This document shows, piece by piece, positions 32,025 through 41,160 of a stretch of 64,000 bases of DNA. Below the pieces are notes generated by a model. The model did not search any database. It was not told the DNA's origin and saw nothing but the letters and a program-made list of their open reading frames with translations. The stretch's first letter is position 1. The number at the start of each line of letters is the position of its first letter. The position numbers and the translations under genes are program-made. This stretch comes from an uncultured delta proteobacterium (GTDB lineage: Bacteria > Desulfobacterota > Binatia > UBA9968): positions 43,650-107,649 of the forward strand of contig CAVXEP010000028.1 of assembly GCA_963760795.1 (NCBI GenBank). Direction: 5' to 3'.

Positions 32025-33071
32025 TTAGAACCCCTGCCCAACTACCTCACCGATCGCGCGCAGCGCCTGCTCAATATCGCCGCGATCGACGTCGAGATGG
32101 GTGACCATGCGCACTCGGCGCGAATCCACCGGGCCACCGAGGACATTGCGCTGCCGCAATCGCTTGAGAAACTCAGACGCAACGAGTCCGGTCTCGCCAA
32201 TATCATAGATGACGATATTGGTCTGAACTTTTTCCGGTTGAATGCGAATGCGCGGGATGTTGGCCAATCCTTGGGCCAGCAGTTGCGCGTTCTCGTGATC
32301 GATATATAACCGCTTCGGTCCCTCTTCTAGCGCTACCGCGGCGGCGGCAGCGATCACACCCACCTGACGCATGCCACCGCCCAACATCTTGCGGATTACC
32401 CGGCAATGCTCGATGAAATCCCTGCTACCAACGATCATCGAGCCCACCGGCGCGCCCAAACCTTTGCTGAAACAAAACTGCACTGAATCAAATTTCTTGG
32501 TGATCTCGGCGACGTTTTGGCCGAGATGCACCGCGGCATTGAACACCCGCGCGCCGTCGAGATGAACTTTCAAACCTGCATCGTGAGCCTTGGCGCAAAT
32601 CGCGTGGGTCAGTCTGGTCGGATAGACCGTGCCGCCGGCCATGTTGTGCGTGTTCTCCAGAGCGACTAGAGCGGTTTGTGGGCGCGTGTAAGTTTTCTCG
32701 CGAATCGCCGGCGCAATCTGCTCCCAGGTCATGATGCCATCGCCAGTCGGAATCACCCGCGGCAAGACGCCGGCCACCGCAGCCATTGAGGCCATCTCGT
32801 AATTGTAAATATGGCCGGCTGCCTCACAGATTACTTCCTGGCCGCGCTCTGTCTGCGCCATGATGCAAATGAGATTGCCCATGGAGCCGGAAGGCACGAA
32901 CAGCCCCGCCTCGCGGCCGAATATTTCCGCCGCGCGGTCCTGCACGCGATTGACCGTAGGGTCTTCGATGTAAACATCGTCGCCAACCTCGGCCTCAGCC
33001 ATGGCCCGCCGCATCGCCGCCGAGGGCTTCGTCACGGTATCGCTGCGCAGATCGATAATCTTATCAGCCAT
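32025..33071 (-). CDS. ltaE: low-specificity L-threonine aldolase
   Basis: DLRSDTVTKP, VGDDVY, LENTHN, HLDGARVFNA, CFSKGLGAPVG. Confidence 0.92.
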   Translation of the reverse strand: MADKIIDLRSDTVTKPSAAMRRAMAEAEVGDDVYIEDPTVNRVQDRAAEIFGREAGLFVPSGSMGNLICIMAQTERGQEVICEAAGHIYNYEMASMAAVAGVLPRVIPTGDGIMTWEQIAPAIREKTYTRPQTALVALENTHNMAGGTVYPTRLTHAICAKAHDAGLKVHLDGARVFNAAVHLGQNVAEITKKFDSVQFCFSKGLGAPVGSMIVGSRDFIEHCRVIRKMLGGGMRQVGVIAAAAAVALEEGPKRLYIDHENAQLLAQGLANIPRIRIQPEKVQTNIVIYDIGETGLVASEFLKRLRQRNVLGGPVDSRRVRMVTHLDVDRGDIEQALRAIGEVVGQGF

Positions 33072-33085
33072 GGTGTCCGAGCATT

Positions 33086-33116
33086 CTGAACCTTGAACTT
33101 TTGAACCGTTGAACGG
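33086..33116. repeat. short tandem (T)TGAAC array, 4 units
   Basis: CTGAACCTTGAACTTTTGAACCGTTGAACGG. Confidence 0.7.
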
Positions 33117-33869
33117 TTATTCCAACCGTCCTTCGATTTCGCTAATCACGTCGCCCGACAAATGCGGCCGGACAAAAGCATTATAAATGCAGTCATTCTG
33201 CAGCCACATGATATCGGCGCGCTGGCGTACCGCTTCGCGCATTTCGTTTTGCAACTTTTCTTCCATGCAGTGGTGCTTGATGACATCGGTCACCATATCG
33301 CCATGGCCCTCGTCGTGGTACTCATGGGCACGGAAGAAATCCAGGCAATCGACGGGAATCCATTGGTAATATTTCTCGATCGCTTCGCGCTCCTCTTTCA
33401 TCCGCTTGGGTCCGCCGCCTTCGAAGACTAGCCCGGTACCGATGGCCACCGCCCAATGGCTCTGCTGCACCAGCGACACATACATCTCGAGCGCGGCGCG
33501 GATGCCGGGCAACGGCTCGTAATTGGTAATATCGTCGCTGGCGATGCCCAGGCCGTTGGCGAACTGCACCCAGAGATCGCGATGACTCGGGTATTTGCCG
33601 CCAAAGAGGTCCTCGCCCTCTTCCTCCACCATATTTTCCAAAAGCATCCGGCGCAGCTCGGGAATTGGACATTTGTGATAGCGGATGCCGAAAAATCGAT
33701 GGATATTGCGAAACTCGTGAAACTGATTGCGCGCCCACCACTGCAATTGCTCCTTGGTGAGCCTGCCGCTCAGAAGCAACTGGCGGATCGGATGGGGCCG
33801 CGGATGACGCTGCTGCAACGTCTGCTGCAAGTCCGCGATCAATTCTTCCGGTCCAAGTAATCCAGCCAT
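33117..33869 (-). CDS. heme-oxygenase-like diiron enzyme (PqqC/CADD/TenA superfamily)
   Basis: GRLTKEQL, ENMVEEEG...SHRDLW..FA.GLG, FE, FFRAHEYHDEGH; GGAGG RBS. Confidence 0.85.
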   Translation of the reverse strand: MAGLLGPEELIADLQQTLQQRHPRPHPIRQLLLSGRLTKEQLQWWARNQFHEFRNIHRFFGIRYHKCPIPELRRMLLENMVEEEGEDLFGGKYPSHRDLWVQFANGLGIASDDITNYEPLPGIRAALEMYVSLVQQSHWAVAIGTGLVFEGGGPKRMKEEREAIEKYYQWIPVDCLDFFRAHEYHDEGHGDMVTDVIKHHCMEEKLQNEMREAVRQRADIMWLQNDCIYNAFVRPHLSGDVISEIEGRLE

Positions 33870-33971
33870 AGAGCCTCCAAAGATTACGTATTCGAGTGGC
33901 GCCAATATATCCAACAACACCTAAGTTGACTAGCCCCGCGATCACCTCGTTCTGGCGCCTCTACCAACGAT

Positions 33972-34005
33972 CTGAACGTTTTGAACGGCTTGAACGATTT
34001 GAACC
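33972..34005. repeat. short tandem TTGAAC array with about 9-bp period, 4 units
   Basis: CTGAACGTTTTGAACGGCTTGAACGATTTGAACC. Confidence 0.7.
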
Positions 34006-34061
34006 CAGAGGGGGTCAAACTGTTATTGTTTTTTCCCCCAACCTTGTACTAGCATACTCTC

Positions 34062-34820
34062 GTGATCTCCCTCTCGCTTAGAAGACTGACCAAGAAGTTC
34101 GGCTCCATCGCCGCGGTTGACCTGGCCAACCTCGACGTTAACGGCGGTGAGTTCATGGTCATCGTCGGCGAGAGCGGCTGCGGCAAGACCACCACGCTAC
34201 GGCTCATCGCCGGTCTAGAGAATCCCGACAGCGGCACGATATTCATAGGTGGCGTGCCGGTCAACGATGTGCCGGTGGGCAAGCGCAACGTACAAATGAT
34301 TTTTCAGAACTACGCCCTCTGGCCGCACATGAAAGTATTTGACGAAAGTAAATACTCGAATCTGTCGCTGCCGTTGAAAGTGCGAAAATGGTCGAGCGAT
34401 AAAATCGCCGAATATCTTCGCCCCTTGGCTTGGAAAATCGGCATCGAGGAAAGTTTTTTCAAGCGCAAGCCCACGGAACTTTCCGGCGGCCAGCAACAGC
34501 GCGTCGCGCTCGGCCGCGCCATGGTCACCGCGCCGCAAATCATGTTGATGGACGAGCCGCTGAGCAATATCGATCCGCCCAATCGCTTGAAGATGCGCCA
34601 GGAAATCCTGTCGTTTCACAAAGAGAACCGCCTGACGACGTTGTATGTAACCCATAACCTGGCCGATGGCATCGCTCTGGCGGACCGGGTCGCGGTCATG
34701 CACGCCGGCCGCTTCGAGCAGGCCGACACGGTGGAAAATCTCATGCACCATCCGGCGACCGAATATGTCGCCGACTTTTTCAAGGCCGAACAGTTTGGTC
34801 ATCGCTTCACGGCGACCTAG
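34062..34820 (+). CDS. ABC transporter ATP-binding protein (PotA/MalK-like, no C-terminal TOBE domain)
   Basis: GESGCGKTT, LSGGQQQRVALGR, LMDEPLSN, VTH. Confidence 0.92.
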   Translation: MISLSLRRLTKKFGSIAAVDLANLDVNGGEFMVIVGESGCGKTTTLRLIAGLENPDSGTIFIGGVPVNDVPVGKRNVQMIFQNYALWPHMKVFDESKYSNLSLPLKVRKWSSDKIAEYLRPLAWKIGIEESFFKRKPTELSGGQQQRVALGRAMVTAPQIMLMDEPLSNIDPPNRLKMRQEILSFHKENRLTTLYVTHNLADGIALADRVAVMHAGRFEQADTVENLMHHPATEYVADFFKAEQFGHRFTAT

Positions 34821-34828
34821 AGGTGACG

Positions 34829-35614
34829 ATGAGAAAAGCCTTAGTCCTCTCGCTGCTATTACTGTCGCTTCTACTGACGCGCCAAGTGCACGCCGCCTGC
34901 CGCGAGCTCGATGTCGCGCGCAACTGGTTGAAACCCGCCTACGCCGCCGAGCCCGATGTGACCATCGAGTTTTTTGGCCATAATTTTTTTCAGATCACCT
35001 CAGCTAAAGGCACCAAGATCATCACCGACCCGGTATCACCCGGCTTCTATCCGACGCCCAACGTCTCGCCCCATGCGATCACCGTTGGCCGCGAACACCC
35101 GAACCACAACTTCGTCGAGATCGCCAAGAATGGCCCGGTGGTCTTGCGCGGCCTGGGCAACTACGGCGCCGAATGGAACAAGGTCAGCACCACGGTCAAG
35201 GATATTTTGGTCTACACCGTGCCGATCTACCAACAGCAGTTCGGCAACGCGCTCAAAGGCGCCGCCTTCGTCTTCGACTTGGGCACCATCTGCGTCGCCC
35301 ATTTGGGCGATTTGGCACACAAACTCACCGAAGATCAGATCAAAGCCTTCGGCAAGGTCGACATCGCCATGATCCCTATCGGTGGCATGTTCACCATGCC
35401 ACCGGACACCGCTAGAGAAGTCTTGCAGCAACTCAAGCCCAAGATCGCCATCCCCATGCACTATCGCGAAAATACTTCACTGTTGGACATGTTCGTGAAG
35501 GGCTACCCGAATAAATACTTGAATAACCATAAATCAACCTTCAGCAAGACAGCCCTACCGCCGCCAACCCAGGTCATCGTCTTCACACCGTGGCAGATGC
35601 GCGATTATCGGTAA
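34829..35614 (+). CDS. secreted MBL-fold protein
   Basis: Signal peptide; FGHNFF, IITDP, AHLGDL, PIGG.FTM, IPMHY. Confidence 0.82.
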   Translation: MRKALVLSLLLLSLLLTRQVHAACRELDVARNWLKPAYAAEPDVTIEFFGHNFFQITSAKGTKIITDPVSPGFYPTPNVSPHAITVGREHPNHNFVEIAKNGPVVLRGLGNYGAEWNKVSTTVKDILVYTVPIYQQQFGNALKGAAFVFDLGTICVAHLGDLAHKLTEDQIKAFGKVDIAMIPIGGMFTMPPDTAREVLQQLKPKIAIPMHYRENTSLLDMFVKGYPNKYLNNHKSTFSKTALPPPTQVIVFTPWQMRDYR

Positions 35615-35680
35615 ACGCATTGAAGTTATGCAGCGAACGGCTTGAACGTTTTGAAGGCGTAGGCGATTCACCAATCGCCC

Positions 35681-36868
35681 CTAACCTGTGAATTCAATCA
35701 CGTCCAGCCCGCGTTCCTTGTCGGTCACCCACAACAGACCACGATGGTCTTTGACGACATCATTGGTCAGCGGCGCGGCCACACCATCCCCCGGTTTTGG
35801 AATGAAATAGCCGCGCTCCTTGGGGTTCGCTGGATCGCCGATGTCGAAGATCCGCAGGCCACCGGCAAACCAGGTAACATAAATTAGATTGTCCGCATCC
35901 ACCCGTTCACGTAATTGATGCGTGCCGAAGCGCACTTGGTCAGCGGGATAAGGCGTTGCCGACTCCGGCAAGTAATACGTGTGGAGCAGTTCAGGCTGGG
36001 TCGGAACGCTGACATCCCAGGTGCGCAGCGGCGCGTGGGGCTTGCCGGTATCGGCGCCCCGATGCGTGCGCTCCTCTTCCGTCGATACCGCGATGCGCTT
36101 GCCGCCGATCGAATGCGCCACCTTGAGAAACGTGTGGGTCGGCTCAGGGCAAGGCGGATCATACTCAAAGCGCGACAGCGTGCGCGGAGCGCGGATGTCG
36201 CTCACATCGATGATCGCGATGCCGGACATCCAACAGCCGGCGTACATCTCGGTGCCGCAGCGCATCGCATGGTGCAGCCGATGTTCGGCGTGCTTCGGGT
36301 GCGGCGTATCACCAGCGGCCACGTTCTGTCCCTTCATCCACCAGCGCGAAACCTCCTCCGGCTTCGACGGGTTGCGGATGTCGTAGATCACCAAGATGTT
36401 GCCGACGAAACCCTCCATTTCAGTCGAGATATAAGCGTAGTTCTCGTCGCAATCGAACCGATGCACTCCCTTGCCGTGGGTTTTGACAAAGGTGATGAGC
36501 TTCGGAGTTGTCCGATCTTTGATGTCGTAGATGCGAAAGCCACCATCGGGGTAATCGCCGCGCTGACCTGGGCCGCGCTCGAACTCGGAATTGACCACCA
36601 TCAGGTCGCCGACCACCCGCACCTTGTGCGAGTGCGACCACGGGTGGTTGGGCATCAGCGTGCTAACGATCTTTGGCTTGCGCGGATCGGCAATGTCAAG
36701 AATCGTCGTTCCCTGGACCCGGTGCTGATGGCCGACATAGGCATATTTCCCGTCAAGGACAATCTGCCCGCCGCCCTCAAGCTCCATCCGGCAGAGATGA
36801 CGAATATTCGTCGACCCGCGCGGCGCCGTGCCGCTATCGCTTTCCGCTGTAGGTAGAACTTCACTCAT
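35681..36868 (-). CDS. LVIVD-repeat protein
   Basis: Repeated YAY...ILDIADPRKP, IYDIRNPSKP, IIDVSD, IFDIGDPANP units; His-rich. Confidence 0.85.
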   Translation of the reverse strand: MSEVLPTAESDSGTAPRGSTNIRHLCRMELEGGGQIVLDGKYAYVGHQHRVQGTTILDIADPRKPKIVSTLMPNHPWSHSHKVRVVGDLMVVNSEFERGPGQRGDYPDGGFRIYDIKDRTTPKLITFVKTHGKGVHRFDCDENYAYISTEMEGFVGNILVIYDIRNPSKPEEVSRWWMKGQNVAAGDTPHPKHAEHRLHHAMRCGTEMYAGCWMSGIAIIDVSDIRAPRTLSRFEYDPPCPEPTHTFLKVAHSIGGKRIAVSTEEERTHRGADTGKPHAPLRTWDVSVPTQPELLHTYYLPESATPYPADQVRFGTHQLRERVDADNLIYVTWFAGGLRIFDIGDPANPKERGYFIPKPGDGVAAPLTNDVVKDHRGLLWVTDKERGLDVIEFTG

Positions 36869-36939
36869 ATTGCACCTCGAATCAATAATATCGGTGACTG
36901 TAACCGCCAGTAATTGACCGCCAACGAAGCGGAGTCTCG

Positions 36940-37929
36940 CTAAATCTTGAATGCTTCCACTGTCTCGCGGGCGAACAGCTCGTCCAATACGAGCTTTTGC
37001 TTGGTCAAGCCTTGCTCTAAAAGATAACCGTTTAAAGTTTCGAGATCCTTTCTGTTGGGCTCCAGCCCATAGGGCCAGTAGTCCGTCGTCATCAGTGCGG
37101 TTGTATCTTCGAACTCGGCGGAAGTCCACGGCAGCGCGACACGCAGAATGTTGGTGTCGTAGAGGTCGCGCATGCAGATCTCTTTCGACTCGCAAAACGC
37201 TTTGTACAGCGTCTGTGCCACCCAGGGTTCTTTTTCGTAGATCGACCGTTTGATCACCAGCACATGCATGATCGGGAACAGGCCGGTGGTTTTGAAATAG
37301 TCCATCTCGACCTGGCGGTAGTTGGGAAACAAGCGCTGCACTTTCGCCGATCCCTGGAGGAAACAGGTCGGCATGCGCGGCGACATCATGGCGTCGACCT
37401 CGCCGTTTTCGATCATGACGTTGAGCGTCGTGTCCGGGCGGCTTTCCATCGTCACACCCGCCGGCATTTCGAAGTCGACGCGGTCTTTGCGACCAGGGTG
37501 CTCCTCGCCCGCCTGCACCCAGTGAATCGCCGACGGCGGCACGCCGTATTCATGCTCGAACATGCCGCGCAGCCACACCGCCGCGGTCATGGAATATTCC
37601 GGCACGCCCATGCGCCGGCCGCGCAGGTCTTGAATGGATTTGATACCCGAATCCGTGTTGACGAATATACAGCGATGGCGAAAGGTCCGCGACGGAAACA
37701 CCGGGATCGCCACGAAGGGCCGGCGGCCGCGCGACGCTGCGGTCAAAAACGCTCCCATGGACAGTTCGGATACGTCGAACTCTTCATACTTCATCATGCG
37801 CCAGAAGATTTCCTCCACCGGCATGACCATATAGTTAAGATCGATGCCTTCGGTCTTGACGATGCCGTCTTTGAGCGCGCGCATGCGGTCGTAGTCTTCG
37901 CATGCCAGCGTGAGATGGAGATTTTTCAT
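36940..37929 (-). CDS. 4,5-dihydroxyphthalate decarboxylase-like protein (periplasmic-binding-protein fold)
   Basis: LTLACEDYDR, FDVSELSM, PVFPSRTFRH, GVPEYSMTAAVWLRG, FPIMH, DYWPYG. Confidence 0.82.
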   Translation of the reverse strand: MKNLHLTLACEDYDRMRALKDGIVKTEGIDLNYMVMPVEEIFWRMMKYEEFDVSELSMGAFLTAASRGRRPFVAIPVFPSRTFRHRCIFVNTDSGIKSIQDLRGRRMGVPEYSMTAAVWLRGMFEHEYGVPPSAIHWVQAGEEHPGRKDRVDFEMPAGVTMESRPDTTLNVMIENGEVDAMMSPRMPTCFLQGSAKVQRLFPNYRQVEMDYFKTTGLFPIMHVLVIKRSIYEKEPWVAQTLYKAFCESKEICMRDLYDTNILRVALPWTSAEFEDTTALMTTDYWPYGLEPNRKDLETLNGYLLEQGLTKQKLVLDELFARETVEAFKI

Positions 37930-38597
37930 TTGCCGCGCTTTCTTGCCGGTGATTTTCTTGCTTTGCGCCTGGGCGACCAGCTTTACGAATTGCTGCATCT
38001 CTTTGACGAATAGCTTCTTACCCTTCGCCGCCAGCAAGCCGCCGAGATACGCGCTACCGAGACAAATTCCGGTGACGCCGGCTTGAACATATTCTTGAAC
38101 GTTGTTCTAGATTCACGCCGCCCGACACCATGAAGCGCACGTCAGGAAATGGCCCCTGCATCTGACGAATGAAGTAAGGCCCGCCGGCCAAATCCGCCGG
38201 GAAAATTTTCACCAAGTCGGCGTGGGCCCGCTGCGCCGCGATGATCTCCGTCGGCGTCGCGGCACCGGGAAAGCAGGCGATGTTCGCGGTGTGGCATAGG
38301 CCGACCAAGTTGAGCTCCAACGACGGCGAGACGATGAACTCAGCGCCGACACCCATCGCCCGCTCCGCCTGCTGCAGGCGCCAGGACCGTTCCAGCACCG
38401 ACATGAATACCGCCGCGCCGGGTTAATTCTTTGATGACATCCAGCGCGCCCGGCACGCTGAAAGTAATCTCGACGAACTTGATACCGCCATCGGCAGCGG
38501 CGTTGGCGAGCGCGATTGCATCCTCTGGGCTTGTCGAACGCACGACGGCGACTAAGCGGCTGGCGTGTAATTCTGCAACGAGTTTTATTCTGTCCAT
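37926..38597 (-). CDS. eda: KDPG/KHG aldolase family protein (at least two frameshifts)
   Basis: VAVVR, VEITF, VGAGTV; then AEFIVSP, PGAATPTE, VKIFPA, SGGVN; then NVQEYVQAG in a third frame. Confidence 0.8.
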
Positions 38598-38637
38598 AAT
38601 GGGTTGGTCGTGCGATCAACTGAAGGGCGATCGACTC

Positions 38638-39405
38638 TTAACTGAGACTCAAACCGCCATCCACTAACAAAGTCTGCCCGGTGACAAAGTCTCCGCCGGT
38701 GATCAATCCGAGAATGGCCCCAGCGATGTCATCCGGTGTTGCGATGCGCTGCAGCGGATAACCCGCCGACGCTTTTGCAATCACCTGCTGGTAATCGGCG
38801 CCGAAGTGCTGGCTCATCCATGGCGTGTCGGTGAACGCCGGTGCGACACAGTTGACGCGCACCTTGGGCGCCATCGCCACGGCTAGACCCTTGGTCATAT
38901 AAATCAACGCCGCCTTGGCCGTGCCATAGGCCAGCGACGACATCGTCGACGGCGCGAGCACGCCGGAGATCGACGACACATTGACGATCATGCCGTGGTT
39001 GGCTTCAAGCAGCTTCTGCGCGGCGCGGGCGCAGCGAAACGCGCCTTTGACGTTGACGTCGAGAATCTCATCCCAGATCGGATCGGTGAGCCCTTCGAGA
39101 TCCGGCAGTTTTACCCAATGAGTCACGCCGGCGTTGTTGACGACGATGTCGAGACGGCCAAAGCGATCGGCGACCTTGCCGATCATCGACCGAACTTGTT
39201 CGTCATTCTGCACGTCGGCTTGAAGCGCGATCGCTTTGACTCCCGCCTTTTCAATTTCGCTAGCAAGAGCCTCCGCTTCCGTCTCCGATTTACGGTAGTT
39301 GATCGCAACTCCAGCCACGCCAGCTTTCGCTAGCTTACGCACCACCGCGCCGCCGATGCCGCCAGCGCCACCGGTAACAAGAGCTACTCTGCCGCTTAAT
39401 TCCAT
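38638..39405 (-). CDS. short-chain dehydrogenase/reductase
   Basis: TGGAGGIG, NNAG, YGTAK. Confidence 0.92.
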   Translation of the reverse strand: MELSGRVALVTGGAGGIGGAVVRKLAKAGVAGVAINYRKSETEAEALASEIEKAGVKAIALQADVQNDEQVRSMIGKVADRFGRLDIVVNNAGVTHWVKLPDLEGLTDPIWDEILDVNVKGAFRCARAAQKLLEANHGMIVNVSSISGVLAPSTMSSLAYGTAKAALIYMTKGLAVAMAPKVRVNCVAPAFTDTPWMSQHFGADYQQVIAKASAGYPLQRIATPDDIAGAILGLITGGDFVTGQTLLVDGGLSLS

Positions 39406-39432
39406 GTCTTCACTCAAGATCGTTGAAGTCGC

Positions 39433-41160
39433 CTAACGAACAGCGCTGCGAAGCTCGACCGTGCGCGCTGGGTCGATTAGCCAATCCCCCGGCAGCTTTA
39501 CCAGCTCATCAGCTTTGCCCTTGTATCGAATCGCCACGCCGTATTGTTTTTCCGCCTCATCAGCTGTCACATAACCTTCGATAACATCCCAAAGAACTTT
39601 TTCCGGCGCGCGTTGGAACGGGTCGCCGTAACCGCCGCCGCCCGGTAGATTAACGTGGATAACTTCGCCCTTGGTTAAATCCTTGAGTGCTTTGGCGTGG
39701 AGCTTCACGCCGTCGCCGGTGCTCACTTCGCCGGCGGCGCCCGCTTTGCCGCCGAGTAATCCCAAGGCGGGATATTGGGTGCGATCGGCAATGGAGCTAA
39801 CGCTCCACTTGCCGTCACCGCGCCGAGCAAATTCCGTGAGCTGGCCCAAGCCGCCGCGCCAGGTGCCCGGACCACCCGAGTCGGCGCGCAGTTCGCGCCG
39901 TTTCAATACTACTGGCGACAAGCTTTCAATTACTTCAGCCGGCACCCCGGCGACGCCGCTGGGAAAGCCGACGGCGTTGAGTCCATCCTTCGACGGGCGC
40001 GCGCCGGTGCCGCCGACTTGAAAGACGGTCAGGGTGAATGATGGGTCGTGACCGCGCCAGACGCTCAGCCAAATAGGATCAGCCCCCGGCGCCATCAAGC
40101 GTCCGGGCAGCGCGCCGGACATGGCCGCGAAGATCGCGCTGGGAATGAAGTGACCGATCACCTGGCGGCTCGCCACCGGCGCCGGATCAAGAGCATTGAG
40201 AATGCTGCCCTCTGGCGCGCTGACATGCACCGGGCGGAAACTGCCTTCGTTATGCGGCACGTCGGGACAGATCGCCGCCTTGATCGCGAAGCTCGCGTAG
40301 GCATGAGTATAGTTCAGCACGACATTGATACCGCGGCTGCTTTGCGGCGACGAGCCGGTGAAATCGATAAATATTTCTTCGCCGGCCACACGTACCGTGC
40401 AGCGGATCAGGATCGGTTCTTCAAAACCATCGCTCCACGTCTCGCTCGACCATTCGCCGGCGGGCAGCTTGGCGATCTCGGCGCGCACAGCAGCTTCGGA
40501 GCGGCGGATGATTTCCTCGGAAACCTCGTCGATGGAGTCGAGGTTGAACTCGTCCATCATTTCGCGCAGCGCCCGGCCGCCGGTTTCGTTGCACGAGGTC
40601 TGAGCGTAGAAATCGCCGATCACTTCATCGGGCTGGCGCACGTTGGTGCGGACGATCTGCATGAGAATCTTGTTGGGTTCGCCGCGCTCGAACAGCTTCA
40701 TGATCGGGATGCGCAGCCCCTCTTCGAATACTTCCCGCGCTTCGGCGGAAAGAATCCGCCCGCCGATATCCGCGCTATGGCAGGTGTTGGCGAACAGCGC
40801 GACCAGCTTGCCGTTCTTGAAAATCGGCGTGGTAATCGTGATGTCGTTGATCTGACCGGCGGTCTGCCAAGGATCGTTGGTGATCAAAACGTCGCCGGGC
40901 GCCAGCTTGTCCGGCGGAAACGCCGCGAGAAAATGCTTCATCGACGTCGCCATGGCGTTGATATGGCCGGGCGTGCCGCTGATCGACTGCGAAATCATCC
41001 GCCCCTTGGTATCGAACATGCCGCAGGCCAAGTCCTGGCTTTCGCGCACGATGGTGCTGAAGGCGGTGCGGATCAGCGCATCCTGCTGCTCGTTGGCCAC
41101 CGACAGGAAGCGGTTCCAAATCACTTCAAGGGTAACTGGATCGATGACTTTATTTCCCAT
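39433..41160 (-). CDS. hydantoinase B/5-oxoprolinase subunit B family
   Basis: DPVTLEVI, AFSTIVRE, PGDVLITNDP, EEGLRIP, PGGGGYGDP. Confidence 0.92.
   Translation of the reverse strand: MGNKVIDPVTLEVIWNRFLSVANEQQDALIRTAFSTIVRESQDLACGMFDTKGRMISQSISGTPGHINAMATSMKHFLAAFPPDKLAPGDVLITNDPWQTAGQINDITITTPIFKNGKLVALFANTCHSADIGGRILSAEAREVFEEGLRIPIMKLFERGEPNKILMQIVRTNVRQPDEVIGDFYAQTSCNETGGRALREMMDEFNLDSIDEVSEEIIRRSEAAVRAEIAKLPAGEWSSETWSDGFEEPILIRCTVRVAGEEIFIDFTGSSPQSSRGINVVLNYTHAYASFAIKAAICPDVPHNEGSFRPVHVSAPEGSILNALDPAPVASRQVIGHFIPSAIFAAMSGALPGRLMAPGADPIWLSVWRGHDPSFTLTVFQVGGTGARPSKDGLNAVGFPSGVAGVPAEVIESLSPVVLKRRELRADSGGPGTWRGGLGQLTEFARRGDGKWSVSSIADRTQYPALGLLGGKAGAAGEVSTGDGVKLHAKALKDLTKGEVIHVNLPGGGGYGDPFQRAPEKVLWDVIEGYVTADEAEKQYGVAIRYKGKADELVKLPGDWLIDPARTVELRSAVR

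Noticed and set aside
31872-32309. ORFs 31872-32309 and 44455-45135 as genes
   Set aside because: They are translations of palindromic repeats plus the antisense of ltaE or the OCD gene
33117-33869. Calling this gene pqqC or a CADD pABA synthase
   Set aside because: No pqq or folate context and the subfamily-specific residues are not evident; only a superfamily call is supportable
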